NCBI GenBank assembly: GCA_964361705.1
Contig: CAYIBP010000001.1
Span: 26,727 to 90,726, forward strand
Direction: 5' to 3'
Origin: an uncultured Candidatus Saccharibacteria bacterium
GTDB taxonomy: Bacteria; Patescibacteriota; Minisyncoccia; Phycocordibacterales; UBA9973
DNA: 64,000 nt
The position numbers and the translations under genes were made by a program. A model generated the notes under the pieces. The model had not been told where the DNA came from, searched no databases, and worked only from the letters and a program-made list of their open reading frames with translations. Below, piece by piece: positions 8,521 through 18,195 of this stretch. Each line of letters begins with the position of its first letter. Within the stretch, counting starts at the first letter, position 1.

Positions 8521-11076
8521 ATGAAATCAGATAACAAAAAATCAGTCAGATTGCCTGATCACATAGTCCCAAAAGAATACGACATCACTCTAAAGCCAGA
8601 CCTCAAGAATTTCACTTTTGAAGGCTCTGAATATATTTACATAGATATAGAAAAACCCACGAAAACTATCACATTGCACAGTAAGGAGATAGATATAGAA
8701 ACAGTGCACATAGATATAAATAAAGAAAAAGTTTTCACTAATAAAATCTCTTACGATCAAAAAAATGATACAGCGACTTTTTATTTTCCTAAAACTATAA
8801 ATAAAGGCAAACACAAACTGCACATCGTATTCAAAGGCATACTCAACGACAAAATGCGCGGATTTTATAGCAGTAAATATTTATTACACGAAAAAGAACA
8901 TCATTTAGCCACAACTCAATTTGAATCTACCGATGCGCGTAGAGCCTTCCCTTGTTTTGATGAACCAGCCAAAAAAGCAATCTTTACGGTTTCACTGGTA
9001 GTTCCAAAAGGAAAAACTGCTATTTCAAACACATTGCCTGTCAGCGTAGAAGAGCACGAAAGTGGTTTTGAAGTTATCCGCTTTGCGCCGACACCCTTGA
9101 TGTCCACATATCTCCTCGCCTTCATTGTAGGTGATTTTGAATTTATAGAATCAAAAAGCAAAAGAAATGTAAAAGTTCGTATCTTTACAACTCCCGGAAA
9201 ATTACATCAAGCAAAGTTTGCTCTTGAATGCGCCATAAAAACTTTAGAATTTTACGAAGAATATTTCGACATCCACTATCCTTTAAATACACTAGATATG
9301 ATAGCCATACCAGATTTCCAAGCCGGCGCAATGGAAAACTGGGGCGCAATAACATATAGAGAAAATGCCATATTGGTAGACGAAACTCATTCTTCCACCA
9401 TGAACAAACAATGGGTAGCGCTGGTCATAGCACACGAGATAGCGCATCAATGGTTTGGTAACTTGGTAACAATGGAATGGTGGACCCATCTATGGCTCAA
9501 CGAAGGTTTTGCTGAATACATAGAATTCATGGCAGTAGATAAAATGTTTCCTCACTGGGATATTTGGACTCAATTTTCTACTCACGACTTTGGTGTAGCG
9601 CTACAACTAGATGGATTGACTAACACGCATCCTGTCGAGATCACAGTACATCATCCAGATGAGATAGGAGAAATATTCGATGAAGTTTCTTATTCAAAAG
9701 GCGCGTCTATCATAAAAATGCTTGCAAGTTATCTGGGAGAAAAAGATTTTAGAGATGGCTTGCGATATTATCTAAAAAAACACAGTTATAAAAATACAGA
9801 AACAATCCACCTATGGGACGCGTTTGAAAAAATATCCAAAAAACCTGTAGCGAAAGTAATGCGCAATTGGACCAGTCTCCCCGGTTACCCAATAATAAAA
9901 GCAAAGGAAGAAAAAGGTTATTTGTCTTTGACTCAAAACAGGTTCTTCTCAAGTCCTATATCGCGCAAGAAAAATAAAAAGAAAACACTCTGGCAAGTGC
10001 CAGTAGTTTTGGGCAATGAAAAAGATAAAAATGTACTGTTACTGACAAAAGAAAATGAAAAGATAGAAAGCAAAGATGGTTGGCTAAAAATAAACCTGGG
10101 TGAAAGCGGATTTTTCCGTGTTGCATACTCAAAAGAACTTTTGGATCAATTGATAGAGCCGGTACTAAACAAGACTTTGTCAGCCCGTGACAGATTGGGT
10201 ATAGCGCGTGATTTGTTTGCTTTGTCTGAATCAGGAGATATTCAAACAAGCGAGGCATTGTCATTCTTGAAAGCTTTTAGAAATGAAGAAGATTATACGG
10301 TCTGGCTTGAAATATCTACTGGCCTATCAAAATTGGAGCAAATATTTCATAACACAAAAATATCAAAGTCTTTAGACTCACTCAATATCGAATTGTTTTC
10401 TGCGCCATTTAAAAGACTTGGTTGGGATAAAAAAGAAAACGAATCCCACACTGATCCAATGCTCCGATCTCTATGTATATCTAGATTAGGCAAAGCTGGA
10501 GATAAAAAAGTAATTAGCGAAGCCAAAAAAAGATTTAATAGTCTAAAAAAAGGTAAATATCTAGAACCAGATTTGAGAAGCGCTGTATACAAAATAATAG
10601 CCAGCGTGGGAAGTATGAAAGAATACAATTATTTCATAGAAAGATACAAGCAAGAAACTTTGCACGAAGAAAAGTACAGAATAGGCGCTGGATTGGCAGA
10701 TTTCAAGCAAGATAAAATCTTGTCTCTAGTTGCCCATTTTGCAATATCTACAGATGTCCGCACACAAGACACAGTCTATTTATTGTCTGCTCTGGCACAC
10801 AACCCTCTCGGTAGAAATGTCTGGTTCAAGTGTTTAAAACTAAACTGGAAAATGTTTGTATCAAAATATGGCGACGGAGGACATACTTTAGCTAGACTAG
10901 TGAAATCAATATCAAATAGCGCAGAAGCAAAACACCTAAAATCTTTTAAAACATTTTTCAAAACTCACGAAGCCCCCGGAGCAACCCGCGCCATCGAACA
11001 AGTGATCGAAAAAATTGAATCAAATATCTTGTGGCTGGAAAGAGACAAAAAGAGTATAAAGAGGTATTTTAATTAG
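8521..11076 (+). CDS. pepN: aminopeptidase N, M1 family metallopeptidase
   Basis: GAMEN exopeptidase motif (QAGAMENWG), HExxH-x18-E zinc motif (VIAHEIAHQWFGNLVTMEWW...LWLNEGFAEY), and ERAP1-like C-terminal helical domain. Confidence 0.9.
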   Translation: MKSDNKKSVRLPDHIVPKEYDITLKPDLKNFTFEGSEYIYIDIEKPTKTITLHSKEIDIETVHIDINKEKVFTNKISYDQKNDTATFYFPKTINKGKHKLHIVFKGILNDKMRGFYSSKYLLHEKEHHLATTQFESTDARRAFPCFDEPAKKAIFTVSLVVPKGKTAISNTLPVSVEEHESGFEVIRFAPTPLMSTYLLAFIVGDFEFIESKSKRNVKVRIFTTPGKLHQAKFALECAIKTLEFYEEYFDIHYPLNTLDMIAIPDFQAGAMENWGAITYRENAILVDETHSSTMNKQWVALVIAHEIAHQWFGNLVTMEWWTHLWLNEGFAEYIEFMAVDKMFPHWDIWTQFSTHDFGVALQLDGLTNTHPVEITVHHPDEIGEIFDEVSYSKGASIIKMLASYLGEKDFRDGLRYYLKKHSYKNTETIHLWDAFEKISKKPVAKVMRNWTSLPGYPIIKAKEEKGYLSLTQNRFFSSPISRKKNKKKTLWQVPVVLGNEKDKNVLLLTKENEKIESKDGWLKINLGESGFFRVAYSKELLDQLIEPVLNKTLSARDRLGIARDLFALSESGDIQTSEALSFLKAFRNEEDYTVWLEISTGLSKLEQIFHNTKISKSLDSLNIELFSAPFKRLGWDKKENESHTDPMLRSLCISRLGKAGDKKVISEAKKRFNSLKKGKYLEPDLRSAVYKIIASVGSMKEYNYFIERYKQETLHEEKYRIGAGLADFKQDKILSLVAHFAISTDVRTQDTVYLLSALAHNPLGRNVWFKCLKLNWKMFVSKYGDGGHTLARLVKSISNSAEAKHLKSFKTFFKTHEAPGATRAIEQVIEKIESNILWLERDKKSIKRYFN

Positions 11077-11981
11077 TATCTGTAGTTATCGCCTTCTTTA
11101 AAAATAGGTTTTTTCATTTCTTTCTGTGCAGAGTGACCCATACAAGCGCGAGTTAAACCATACATTTCTAGTGAAGTCGGAGAAACTCCTGATCTAATTT
11201 TTTCTAACATATTTCTTGCAAATTCTAAATTCAATGAATCTTCTTTAGATATTGCACGGCTTATAACAACATAAGAGATGTCGAGGTCTTTTTCGCCAGA
11301 AAAATTATTTATTTGATAAATGGTATCTATCGATACATAGCTAGATTTTAAATTGGTACCAGTCACATTGGAAATATACCAGGCAAACTGCTGTCCCTTC
11401 ATTTGAATAAATTTACCATTCTCATTTTTTTCCGTGAATTTCTCTTTTTGTATTTCCCACTGGGGCTTCGCTTCATAATTGAAACCAATGAGAGCTATCC
11501 CTTTTGAATCCCTAACTATCAAACCTCTTTCAAAAGGAAATTTTTGATCACGAATAAATACTGAATCTTTTTCTGGACTCAAAAAACCAGCGAAATTAAA
11601 CTCATTCATCAACAATTCACCAAAGACACGCCCTGTCACATTTATACGTTTTGTCTTATCAAGATAATCAACATCGTTGTCTTTTTTCACACACGCAGAA
11701 AAAAATAAAAGTATAGCACATAGGTATGCTTTATGAAAAAATGAATGGTGTTCCTTCTTTAAATCTTTCCATCTTCTAGATATCAGTAATTCTATCCCAT
11801 TGATAGTTGACCCCAACTTTTTATTTTCAAATCGAGACATCTTGTGAATAACTTTTGAAATATCTTCCGCTCCGCCAATTCTTTTTACCAAACTTTCAAT
11901 TTGACTTAAAATATCATTAAATCTCTTGCGTTCGTGGTTTAGTATTGTTTCTTTGTCTTTATTGTTTCTGCTTGTTTCCAT
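11073..11981 (-). CDS. hypothetical membrane-anchored protein
   Basis: 302 aa; N-terminal charged/coiled region, one TM helix (AYLCAILLFFSACV), then a globular domain with no recognisable motif. Long ORF with good coding-like composition. Confidence 0.4.
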   Translation of the reverse strand: METSRNNKDKETILNHERKRFNDILSQIESLVKRIGGAEDISKVIHKMSRFENKKLGSTINGIELLISRRWKDLKKEHHSFFHKAYLCAILLFFSACVKKDNDVDYLDKTKRINVTGRVFGELLMNEFNFAGFLSPEKDSVFIRDQKFPFERGLIVRDSKGIALIGFNYEAKPQWEIQKEKFTEKNENGKFIQMKGQQFAWYISNVTGTNLKSSYVSIDTIYQINNFSGEKDLDISYVVISRAISKEDSLNLEFARNMLEKIRSGVSPTSLEMYGLTRACMGHSAQKEMKKPIFKEGDNYRY

Positions 11982-12139
11982 TTGCTTTATTTTTATCCTT
12001 GAACACTTCTATTTCAGTTAAAAACGATTTGATTAACTCCAAGTAATCATTGAGCACAAATAGTGCTTCTGCGTTCTCTTTAATTTTTTCTTTATTCTTT
12101 AACATCTTGTTTGTATTATTTATTACAAAGATGAATATG

Positions 12140-12469
12140 TCATAACATCACATCAATCTTCTTCGCTAAAATAAAATCGTTCTCGGAAAGGCCGTTTATG
12201 GCATGAGTAGAGAGGTCTAAGGTGACTTTGTTGTAATGAATATGTATATCCGGATGGTGAACTTCTTCTTCGGCTATATCTGCCACACGATCCACAAAAT
12301 CCATTGATTCCAAAAAATTCTTGAATTTAAATTCTTTACTTATATCTTTTGCATCAGTAGACAATACCCAAGTATGCACTTCATCTAAATAATCTTGTAA
12401 ATCAGAACCAGAGAGAGGTATCACTCCCCCTTCGCATGGCACGCATTTTTTGTTTAATAAATCTTTCAT
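12140..12469 (-). CDS. phhB: pterin-4a-carbinolamine dehydratase (PCD/DCoH)
   Basis: 109 aa with the diagnostic EEVHHPDIHIHYNKVTLDLSTH block ([E]-x-x-HHP-x5,6-Y-x-V-x-L-x-TH). Confidence 0.8.
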   Translation of the reverse strand: MKDLLNKKCVPCEGGVIPLSGSDLQDYLDEVHTWVLSTDAKDISKEFKFKNFLESMDFVDRVADIAEEEVHHPDIHIHYNKVTLDLSTHAINGLSENDFILAKKIDVML

Positions 12470-12492
12470 CTTAATTTATATTCTTTAGAATT

Positions 12493-13425
12493 TTAAGCCG
12501 TAGCAACAATTTGATTTTCTTTTTGCAACTCTGTAATTTTATAAATACTAAATACTAATGCCAATGCCGCTATCCATTGCGTAAAAGAAAGACTTTGTTT
12601 GAAAATTATCATATCCAAGAATACTGCTATAAATGGAAATGTAAGTTCTAGAATAGTAGAGATATGTACTGGGGTTTTTGAGAGCCCTTTATAATAGATA
12701 AGTAGGGCCACCATACCAGTGGAGACAGCAATCAATGCCAAGTAGCCAAACTGGGCAGTAGTCGGCGCGGACAAACTTGAACCGTATCCAAACAAAAGTA
12801 TCACTGGCAAGGCTACAATAGTGGCAAACAAGAATCTATAAAAAGTGCTGACTTGCGCGCTCACCTTTCCTAAAAGCATTTTGGAAAATGTAGTGGAAGA
12901 CCCCCAAGCAAAGGCTGCACCGAGCGCATATAAAGCCGCTATCACTGTGCCTGCGCCAGTTGATAGATTAATGTAACCATTTTTAAATGTAATAAAGTAC
13001 GCCGACACTATAGCGAGCACCGCCCAGACGGCGTACCTCTTGTCCATCTTTTCTTTCAAAAATATTCTGGCTGAAACTATCGCAAAGAGAGGCTGCAACT
13101 TTTGCAAGAGAAATACGACAGAAAGAGTGATGAAATTCACTTTGAGCAACGCTGTAGTGAACCACATAGTACCCAAGACTCCACTAAATGCTGATATCCA
13201 AATGATAAGCCAAAATTCTTTTTTTGTGAATCTAGTCGTAAAAACTTTTTTGTAAATAAAAGGAAAGAGAATCACAAGACCTATCAAATGCTCAAAGAAT
13301 ATGATCGTGATCGGTGGCAAGCTATACAAATGCCGGCGAATTATCCCATCAAACGCCCACAAAAACGCGGCGACTAATATAAGCACGGGACCCTGAACTT
13401 TTAAATTTTTTATAGTTTCTAACAT
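12493..13425 (-). CDS. EamA/DMT superfamily transporter
   Basis: 310 aa, 10 TM helices arranged as two EamA-like 5-TM repeats. Confidence 0.7.
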   Translation of the reverse strand: MLETIKNLKVQGPVLILVAAFLWAFDGIIRRHLYSLPPITIIFFEHLIGLVILFPFIYKKVFTTRFTKKEFWLIIWISAFSGVLGTMWFTTALLKVNFITLSVVFLLQKLQPLFAIVSARIFLKEKMDKRYAVWAVLAIVSAYFITFKNGYINLSTGAGTVIAALYALGAAFAWGSSTTFSKMLLGKVSAQVSTFYRFLFATIVALPVILLFGYGSSLSAPTTAQFGYLALIAVSTGMVALLIYYKGLSKTPVHISTILELTFPFIAVFLDMIIFKQSLSFTQWIAALALVFSIYKITELQKENQIVATA

Positions 13426-13778
13426 TTTTTTAAATCTTTTTTAATTTGAATAATCAATTCTTTTTCAGTTTCGAAATTCATAAACTTTCTGATGAATTTT
13501 TCAAGCCTGAGCTCTATCTTTTCTCCGTAAATATCTTTTTTGAAACCAATCAAATGCGCCTCTATCTTTGGCAGATTATTTTTATCTACTGGGCCAATGA
13601 TTATTCCCGCTTTGTATATTTTATCACTAATTTCGACATTCCCAGCATATATTCCAAGTTTAGGCTTTGTTTTTAAGTTAGCAAAACCGCGCCTTTCGAT
13701 ATTAGCCGTAGGAAAACCTATTTTTCTGCCATAGCCATCGCCTTTTATTACCTTGCCAGATATTGTATAAATTTTCAT
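13419..13778 (-). CDS. riboflavin kinase (monofunctional, RibF C-terminal-domain type)
   Basis: GKVIKGDGYGRKIGFPTANIE ... LIGFKKDIYGEKIELRLEKFIR matches flavokinase domain motifs (G-x-G-R-x-x-G-[FY]PTAN; E-x-H; PTAN). No FAD-synthetase domain attached. Confidence 0.8.
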   Translation of the reverse strand: MKIYTISGKVIKGDGYGRKIGFPTANIERRGFANLKTKPKLGIYAGNVEISDKIYKAGIIIGPVDKNNLPKIEAHLIGFKKDIYGEKIELRLEKFIRKFMNFETEKELIIQIKKDLKKC

Positions 13779-13781
13779 TTT

Positions 13782-15128
13782 CTAGTACCCTTCATTGTTT
13801 AATCTCTCATCTATTCTGTTCATATCACGAGGAAACATACAAGCCTCGCGGATATTTTTCAATCCCAATAATTGCATTGTAATGCGCTCAGCTCCAAAAG
13901 CAAAACCGCCTTCGGGCGGAACCCCGTATTTAAAAGCATCAAGAAACATTTTTATTTTTTGCGGATCCATTTTCCATATTTCGACATGCTTCATCAATTG
14001 ATCATAATCATTTATTCTTCTACCTCCAGAGAGCCATTCGACACCTCGGCAGATCAAGTCCATACCTTCATTGAATTCAGGATTTTCAGGATTCGGATAA
14101 ACATAAAAAGGTTTTTTCCTCGTAGGGTAACCATAAATAAAAACGAAATCAGAACCAGTTTCTTCTTTGATTATTTCACAAATTTCCCTCTCGTCCTGAG
14201 GATTTGTATCTTTCTCGCCTCGTACATCTCGTCCATTTTTCTCAAATATCTTCTGTTGAACTTCCGTCAAAGACAAAGTGGGTGTTTTTTCCAACATCAC
14301 AGGAAGTGTGGCATTCAAGACTTTCAAATGTTCGGCATTTTTTGATGCAACTTGTTTCAATATAAATCTCACAGTTTCTTCTGCCATATCGCGTACATCT
14401 TTCCAGGATTCAATAAAACTCATTTCAGCATCGAGAGAAACTATTTCCGTCAGATGTCTAGTGGTAGATGAAGGTTCAGCGCGAAAAACTTTATTCACAG
14501 AAAAACATCTTTCAAAAGCGGACATCACTATTTGCTTGTAAAGTTGCGGAGATTGTGTCAGGTATGCTTTTTTGTCAAAATAATCAACTTGAAAAACTTC
14601 TGCTCCACCTTCGGCTGTCGCTGGGGCGATAGAAGGCGCTTGAAATTCAAAAAAATTATTCTGCTTCATGAATTCTCGGAAAGAATCGATGATAGTTTCT
14701 TGCACTTTAAAAATAGCCTGCACTTTCGGCTGTCTCAAAACGAGAGATCTATTGTCTAACTCAGTTGTCAAATCAAGATTGTAACCATCCATTGACATGT
14801 CAAAAGGAAGAGGTGCCGCTTTTGCCAATACTACAATACCAAGCACCTCGAGCTCGAGATCACCGTTTGCCACACCAGCTTTTATATTTTTTTCTGGACG
14901 CTTGTTGACAATACCAGTCATTTTCAAAACCCATTCTGGTCTCACCTCTTTAGCTTTTTCAATTGCTTCAACATGACTAGGCAGGACCACGCACTGCACG
15001 CGACCTGTCATATCGCGCATATCAAAAAACACCATCTTGCCTTGATCGCGCCTCACATCCACCCAACCCGAAATACTTATCTCCTCGCCTATATGATCTT
15101 TGAGATCTTTGATGTATGTTCTTTGCAT
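13782..15128 (-). CDS. aspartyl/asparaginyl-tRNA synthetase, class IIb (archaeal/compact type)
   Basis: OB-fold anticodon-binding N-terminus (ISGWVDVRRDQGKMVFFDMRDMTGRVQCVV) and class II motifs (FRAEPSSTTRHLTE; GGFAFGAERI). The listed ORF extends to 15338, but the upstream 70 codons are low-complexity, so start assigned to ATG at 15126-15128 (MQRTYIKDL). Confidence 0.8.
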   Translation of the reverse strand: MQRTYIKDLKDHIGEEISISGWVDVRRDQGKMVFFDMRDMTGRVQCVVLPSHVEAIEKAKEVRPEWVLKMTGIVNKRPEKNIKAGVANGDLELEVLGIVVLAKAAPLPFDMSMDGYNLDLTTELDNRSLVLRQPKVQAIFKVQETIIDSFREFMKQNNFFEFQAPSIAPATAEGGAEVFQVDYFDKKAYLTQSPQLYKQIVMSAFERCFSVNKVFRAEPSSTTRHLTEIVSLDAEMSFIESWKDVRDMAEETVRFILKQVASKNAEHLKVLNATLPVMLEKTPTLSLTEVQQKIFEKNGRDVRGEKDTNPQDEREICEIIKEETGSDFVFIYGYPTRKKPFYVYPNPENPEFNEGMDLICRGVEWLSGGRRINDYDQLMKHVEIWKMDPQKIKMFLDAFKYGVPPEGGFAFGAERITMQLLGLKNIREACMFPRDMNRIDERLNNEGY

Positions 15129-15385
15129 AAAAATTAAATTCTTGGAGAAATAAAAAATCGCCTCTCCAAACTTAACCAACTTAAACGCACAGTTGATAAA
15201 TTTGCAGGGGCGATTTTTCAAACCGCGGTGCCACCCTACTTTATGCTTGATTCTAAATCTTTTCGCGATTTCTTCGGAGGATTCTACTCGCCAAACAATG
15301 GCTTTCCTTCCCCACCTCCCCAGTGTCAACTGGTTCAAAGGCTATGTATATATGTTAATACATTTAAAATAAATAGCAATGCCAT

Positions 15386-15844
15386 TTAGACATTGCTATT
15401 TTTGATAATGGGCAGAATCCCCACCCTGGGACTCGCCCGCCTCTCAGCATAGTAGTCATATATATCAACAAGACCATTTCTGGTCTTACCAACACATACG
15501 ACAAACCTTGCTCTCCCCAGCAGAAAAAAGGTTTGTGTCCTGGTCCATTCTCCTAAAAGACACGAATTCTCCGAAGGTCCGAGGATCAAATCAACAACTT
15601 CCTCGGCTGAAGGAACAACTGATCCCTTGGGCAAAAAGATCATTTGTTCCTTCATGACTTTATATCTGGTAACATTCAGCATGTTACCTTCATCAGGCAC
15701 AGTAAAAGATCCTTGTGTTCTAGTTTTCGAGAATCTTTTATTGTGCCACCAAGGCTTGGGACCAGGGTCAATCACAAACCTTTCTGGATTAGCGTCATAC
15801 CAATCCAGAATGCTTTTACCTGTACAAACGTGAAGGATTTCCAT
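15386..15844 (-). CDS. hypothetical protein (GC-rich ORF)
   Basis: 152-161 aa ORF, no recognisable motif. Local GC content clearly higher than surrounding genome (e.g. ccaccctgggactcgcccgcctctcagc), suggesting foreign origin. Confidence 0.4.
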   Translation of the reverse strand: MEILHVCTGKSILDWYDANPERFVIDPGPKPWWHNKRFSKTRTQGSFTVPDEGNMLNVTRYKVMKEQMIFLPKGSVVPSAEEVVDLILGPSENSCLLGEWTRTQTFFLLGRARFVVCVGKTRNGLVDIYDYYAERRASPRVGILPIIKNSNV

Positions 15845-15886
15845 GCATCCTCCTTTGTTTATTAAGAACATAGGGTCTTATAGCAA

Positions 15887-15917
15887 AACCCCTTCCCAAA
15901 CTTGGGAAGGGGTTAAA
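15887..15917. terminator. GC-rich hairpin (aaCCCCTTCCCAaacTTGGGAAGGGGtt) with flanking T/A runs; putative bidirectional intrinsic terminator
   Basis: 12-bp perfect stem read from sequence, followed by gcttttt on + strand and ttttgct on - strand. Lies between two reverse-strand genes. Confidence 0.4.
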
Positions 15918-16230
15918 TTGCTTTTTAAGTATTTATACAAAAAGAAACACAACCCTCTCTCAAGTTTGAAAGTTTGAAAGGGTTTCTTATAAATATTTCT
16001 TGTATCTATAAAAAATTTCATAAAATTAGTGAGTTAAAATAATAAAAGCCCCTTTCGAGGGCTCATCTTTGGTATCGTTTTTTGTTGGGCTTTACTTTTT
16101 AACAATAGCAAATATGGGCTCTCGAGAGAGTTTTAAAATAAAAGAAAGCCCCAAATTTATTTACCATATTTAACATCACGAATATATTGTAATCCTATTA
16201 AAAAATATGTCAATATGTCCAGAAAAATCA

Positions 16231-17217
16231 CTATTTTTGTTTACCAATACCTTTTTCTAATCCTTCATTTAATATTTGCTCCAACAATTCTCCGTTCTCG
16301 TAATTATGTAAAGCGTTTTCATCAGAATGCATCACATAACGATCAACATACTCAAAAAGTTCTCCAGCTAAATGTTCTTTTCCTTGCCTCTTAGCAAAAC
16401 CACCCAAATTATCTTCAACTATTTTGGTTGGAAATGTAGCATCTTTATTTGATGTAACAAGAGAGACTTGGGTTTTACCATGAGTATGAATATCGTACAA
16501 TAATAGCAATAGATTCATTTTTACTAATCCAGGTATTTCTTTCAAAAGTCTAAAGAGTTTATATTTTCTGCCTTCATAATATTTATTATGAGTCTGAGCA
16601 TGATTTTGCATCTTTTGTTTTTTATCTTTATCTAGTTCATTACTAATAGCTAATTTGAGTTCTTCTTTCTCTTTTAAAGATCTTTTTATCAATCCTATCG
16701 TAGAATCTTTTCCGTATAAACCCGCAGGGTTTAAAAGAATCAATTTATCAACCAAATTCGGCAGAGCTGTCGCCAACACTGTCCCCAGCACACCACCTTG
16801 TGAATGCCCTACAACATCAGCATTCTCTATGTTTAAGTGTTGAACCACAGCCAAAAGTTCATTTGTTTTATTTTTAATCACCTCAGGCAGATCTTTCATA
16901 TTACCCCTTTCTTCAAACAAAGAGCTCTTGTTTTTTATTTTTATTCCATACAAAGGATTCACAAAAATAACCTTGCGCCCAGAAATTACTAATTTCAATA
17001 TCTCTTTTTGATACGCACCAGCATCTTTGCCAAAACCACCTATGAATATGATTGGTTTTTGTGAGATTAAATCTTGTTTTGGTGAAAACTCATAATATTT
17101 TATCTCATGATTTTCAAAATCAAAATATTCTGGTTCCTTAAAATTTTTTGCGTATTCGCCACTTATCTTTTTTAATTCACTAGCAGGAAGTCCTGAAGCT
17201 TCAATTCCTGTCATCAT
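16231..17217 (-). CDS. alpha/beta-hydrolase, lipase/esterase-like
   Basis: Nucleophile elbow VVGHSQGGVLG (GxSxG). Typical alpha/beta hydrolase length and strand pattern (IIFIGGFG...). Same GHSxGG flavour as the lipase-like domain of the large surface proteins at 47-62 kb. Confidence 0.6.
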   Translation of the reverse strand: MMTGIEASGLPASELKKISGEYAKNFKEPEYFDFENHEIKYYEFSPKQDLISQKPIIFIGGFGKDAGAYQKEILKLVISGRKVIFVNPLYGIKIKNKSSLFEERGNMKDLPEVIKNKTNELLAVVQHLNIENADVVGHSQGGVLGTVLATALPNLVDKLILLNPAGLYGKDSTIGLIKRSLKEKEELKLAISNELDKDKKQKMQNHAQTHNKYYEGRKYKLFRLLKEIPGLVKMNLLLLLYDIHTHGKTQVSLVTSNKDATFPTKIVEDNLGGFAKRQGKEHLAGELFEYVDRYVMHSDENALHNYENGELLEQILNEGLEKGIGKQK

Positions 17218-17222
17218 AAAAA

Positions 17223-18173
17223 TTAGCTTATTTTTACCCCGACCTTTTCCTTAACTTCTTTCATTTTACTTGAAGCCACCAGTTTTGCTTTTTCGCTGCC
17301 TTGTTTTAAGATCTCAAAAACTCTCGGTATGTCTTTTTCAAGCCCTCTTCTCCTCTCTCGCATAGGCGCTATAAATTTCTCCAAATCTTCTATGAGCATT
17401 TCTTTCAATTCTTTGTATTTGCCTGCCTTACTCTCGTAAATAGCTAAAAGTTCTGGCGCGGAACGAAGCAGACTGTGTATCGCGTAAACATTCTTTGGGA
17501 TACCTTCGCCTGAGTCTGTAACTATGCCCATCACGCATTTTTTTATTTCTTCATATTCAGCAAAAAGAGGAATGGTATTGCCGTAGCTCTTTGACATCTT
17601 TCTGCCGTCGAGCCCAGGGACCACGGAGACATCTTGCAGAATTATTGGCTTTGGTAATTTAAATTCCTCGCTGTATGTGTTGTTAAACTTTTCTGCTATA
17701 TCACGCGCTATTTCCACATGTTGTTTTTGATCGGCTCCCACAGGCACAACATCAGTATCATAAAGCAAGATATCCGCCGCCATAAGTACTGGGTAATTAA
17801 AAGTCCCCACATCTATTTCTTTATTTTTTGCCTCGGCGTCTTTGAAGGCATGCGCTCGCATCAGAAAAGGCATCGTGGTGATGGTATCAAAAATCCAAGC
17901 GAGCTCTGTGTGTTCGGAAATACTGCTCTGTTGAAAAAAAGTAGCTTTTTCAGGATCGAGTCCAACAGCCAAGAAATCCAAGGTGACATTTATTATATTT
18001 TCCCGCATTTCTTTTGGTTTGCGTAAAGAATGAAGCGCATGATAATCCGCAATCATCATAAAACACTCATAATCGTCTTGCATATCTACGAGTTGTTTCA
18101 TCATGCTGAAATAATTGCCGATATGAGGCTTGCCAGAGGGCTGTATTCCCGATAAAAGTATTTTTTTGGGCAT
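17223..18173 (-). CDS. trpS: tryptophanyl-tRNA synthetase
   Basis: Class I aaRS with HIGH-type motif (GIQPSGKPHIGNYF) and KMSKS motif (RKMSKSYGNTI). Confidence 0.9.
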   Translation of the reverse strand: MPKKILLSGIQPSGKPHIGNYFSMMKQLVDMQDDYECFMMIADYHALHSLRKPKEMRENIINVTLDFLAVGLDPEKATFFQQSSISEHTELAWIFDTITTMPFLMRAHAFKDAEAKNKEIDVGTFNYPVLMAADILLYDTDVVPVGADQKQHVEIARDIAEKFNNTYSEEFKLPKPIILQDVSVVPGLDGRKMSKSYGNTIPLFAEYEEIKKCVMGIVTDSGEGIPKNVYAIHSLLRSAPELLAIYESKAGKYKELKEMLIEDLEKFIAPMRERRRGLEKDIPRVFEILKQGSEKAKLVASSKMKEVKEKVGVKIS

Positions 18174-18195
18174 ATGATTCTATATTAACACAAAA

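Noticed and set aside
8590-10961. Multiple short reverse-strand ORFs inside pepN
   Set aside because: Antisense to a high-confidence M1 aminopeptidase with intact motifs.
13795-14759. + strand ORFs (13795-14001, 13872-14345, 14278-14541, 14532-14759) within the Asx-tRNA synthetase gene
   Set aside because: Antisense shadow ORFs; translations are Phe/Ile-rich low complexity.
15129-15338. 70-codon N-terminal extension of the Asp/Asn-tRNA synthetase ORF
   Set aside because: Not homologous to any aaRS N-terminus and reads like translated intergenic sequence. The ATG at 15126-15128 begins directly with the conserved OB-fold region.
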